Shown here: piece by piece, positions 62,381-64,000 of the stretch | Layout: every line of letters starts with the position of its first letter | How positions within the stretch are numbered: the first letter of the stretch is position 1 | Assembly: GCA_030390025.1 (NCBI GenBank) | Contig: CM059432.1 | Span: 42,472,001-42,536,000 of the forward strand | Direction: 5' to 3' | DNA length: 64,000 nucleotides | Origin: Squalus acanthias | Lineage: Eukaryota | Notes under the pieces: generated by a model | Told to the model about the DNA's origin: nothing | Seen by the model: only the letters and a program-made list of their open reading frames with translations | Database searches by the model: none | Made by a program: the position numbers and the translations under genes

Positions 62381-64000
62381 ATAAGAACATAAGAACATAA
62401 GAAATAGGAGCAGGAGTAGACCAATCGGCCCCTCGAGCCTGCTCCGCCATTCAATGAGATCATGGCTGATCTGATCCAACCTCAACTCTAAAGAACACAA
62501 GAAGTAGGAGCAAGACCAGGCCACTCGGCCCCTGGGCCCGCTCCGCCACCCACAGGGCCTTGACCGATCCGAACTCAAACTCATGTCCAATTTTCAGCCC
62601 GCTCCCCGTAATCCCTTGATTCCCTTTACTTCTAGGAAACGGTCTATTTCTGTTTTAAATTTATATAATGAAGTAGCTTCCACAGCTTCCTGGGGCAGCA
62701 AATTCTACAGACCTACTACCCTCTGAGTGAAGAAGTTTCTCCTCATCTCAGTTTTGAAAGAGCAGCCCATTATTCTAAGATTATGTCCCCTAGTTCTAGT
62801 TTCACCCATCATTGGGAACATCCTCACCGCGTCCACCCGATCAAGCCCCTTCACAATCTTATATGTTTCAATAAGATCGCCTCTCATTCTTCTGAACTCC
62901 AATGAGTAGAGTCCCAATCTACTCAACCTCTCCTTGTATGTCCACCCCCTCATCCCCGGAATTAACCGAGTGAACCTTCTTTGTACTGCCTCGAGAGCAA
63001 GTATGTCTTTTCTTAAGTATGGACACCAAAACTGTATGCAGTACTCCAGGTGCGGTCTCACCAATACCCTATACAACTGCAGCAATACCTCCCTGTTTTT
63101 ATATTCTATCCCCCTAGCAATAAAAGCCAACATTCCATTGGCTTCCTTGATCACCTGCTGCACCTGCATACTAACTTTTTGATTTTCTTGCACCAAGACC
63201 CCCAGATCCCTTTGTACTGCAGTACTTTCCAGTTTCTCGCCATTAAGATAATAACTTGCTCTCTGATTTTTCCTGCCAAAGTGCATAACCTCACATTTTC
63301 CAATATTGTATTGCATCTGCCAAATCTCTGCCCACTCACCCAGCCTGTCTATATCCCCTTGTAGGTTTTTTATGTTCTCCTCACTCTCTACTTTCCCTCC
63401 CATCTTTGTATCATCTGCAAACTTTGATATGTTACACTCGGTCCCCTCCTCCAAATCGTTAATATAGATTGTAAAGAGTTGGGGACCCAGCACCGACCCC
63501 TGCGGAACACCACTGGCCACTGGTTGCCAGTCCGAGAATGAACCATTTATCCCAACTCTCTGCTTCCTGTTAGATAACCAATCCTCCACCCATGCCAGAA
63601 TATTACCCCCAATCCAGTGATTTTTTATCTTGAGTAATAATCTTTTATGTGGCACCTTGTTGAATGCCTTCTGGAAGTCTAAATACACTACATCCGTTTG
63701 TTCCCCTTTATCCACCCTGTACGTTATGTCCTCAAAGAACTCGAGCAAATTTGTCAGACATGACTTCCCCTTCATAAAGCCATGCTGACTTTGTCCTATT
63801 AAATTATGTTTATCTAAATGTTCCGTTACTGTCTCCTTAATAATAGACACCAAAATTTTACCCACCACAGATGTTAGGCTAACTGGTTTATAATTTCCAG
63901 CCTTCTGCCTACAACCCTTTTTAAATAAGGGTGTTACATTAGCAGTTTTCCAATCTGCCGGGACCTTTGCTGAGTTCAGGGAGTTTTGGAAAATTATTAC
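62381..64000 (-). mobile_element. CR1 LINE nested in or adjacent to the previous CR1 (runs off window end)
   Basis: 387-aa RT ORF 62705-63868; tail (ATAAGAAC)n at 62381. Confidence 0.93.

Overview
Eukaryotic (vertebrate, most likely cartilaginous fish/shark, inferred from the SINE/LINE repertoire) intronic or intergenic DNA made mostly of nested transposable elements. No host protein-coding exon could be supported. Main contents: (i) an apparently intact PIF/Harbinger DNA transposon (31914-36364; 12-bp TIRs, CAA TSD) with a 386-aa HARBI1-like DDE transposase and a convergent three-exon 488-aa Myb/SANT gene, plus several deleted or decayed relatives; (ii) Penelope-like retroelements (RT + GIY-YIG) carrying minimal hammerhead ribozymes, including a non-coding 277-bp circularly permuted tandem with two canonical GUC hammerheads (retrozyme-like, 8973-9428); (iii) many CR1 LINEs (two full-length, with esterase-type ORF1), RTE, L2 and another CR1-group LINE; (iv) Deu-domain and V-type SINEs; (v) a six-level nested insertion stack at about 45.3-59.5 kb, partly reconstructable from TSDs. 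Family names come from motif recognition, not database searches. Boundaries lacking TSDs are approximate.
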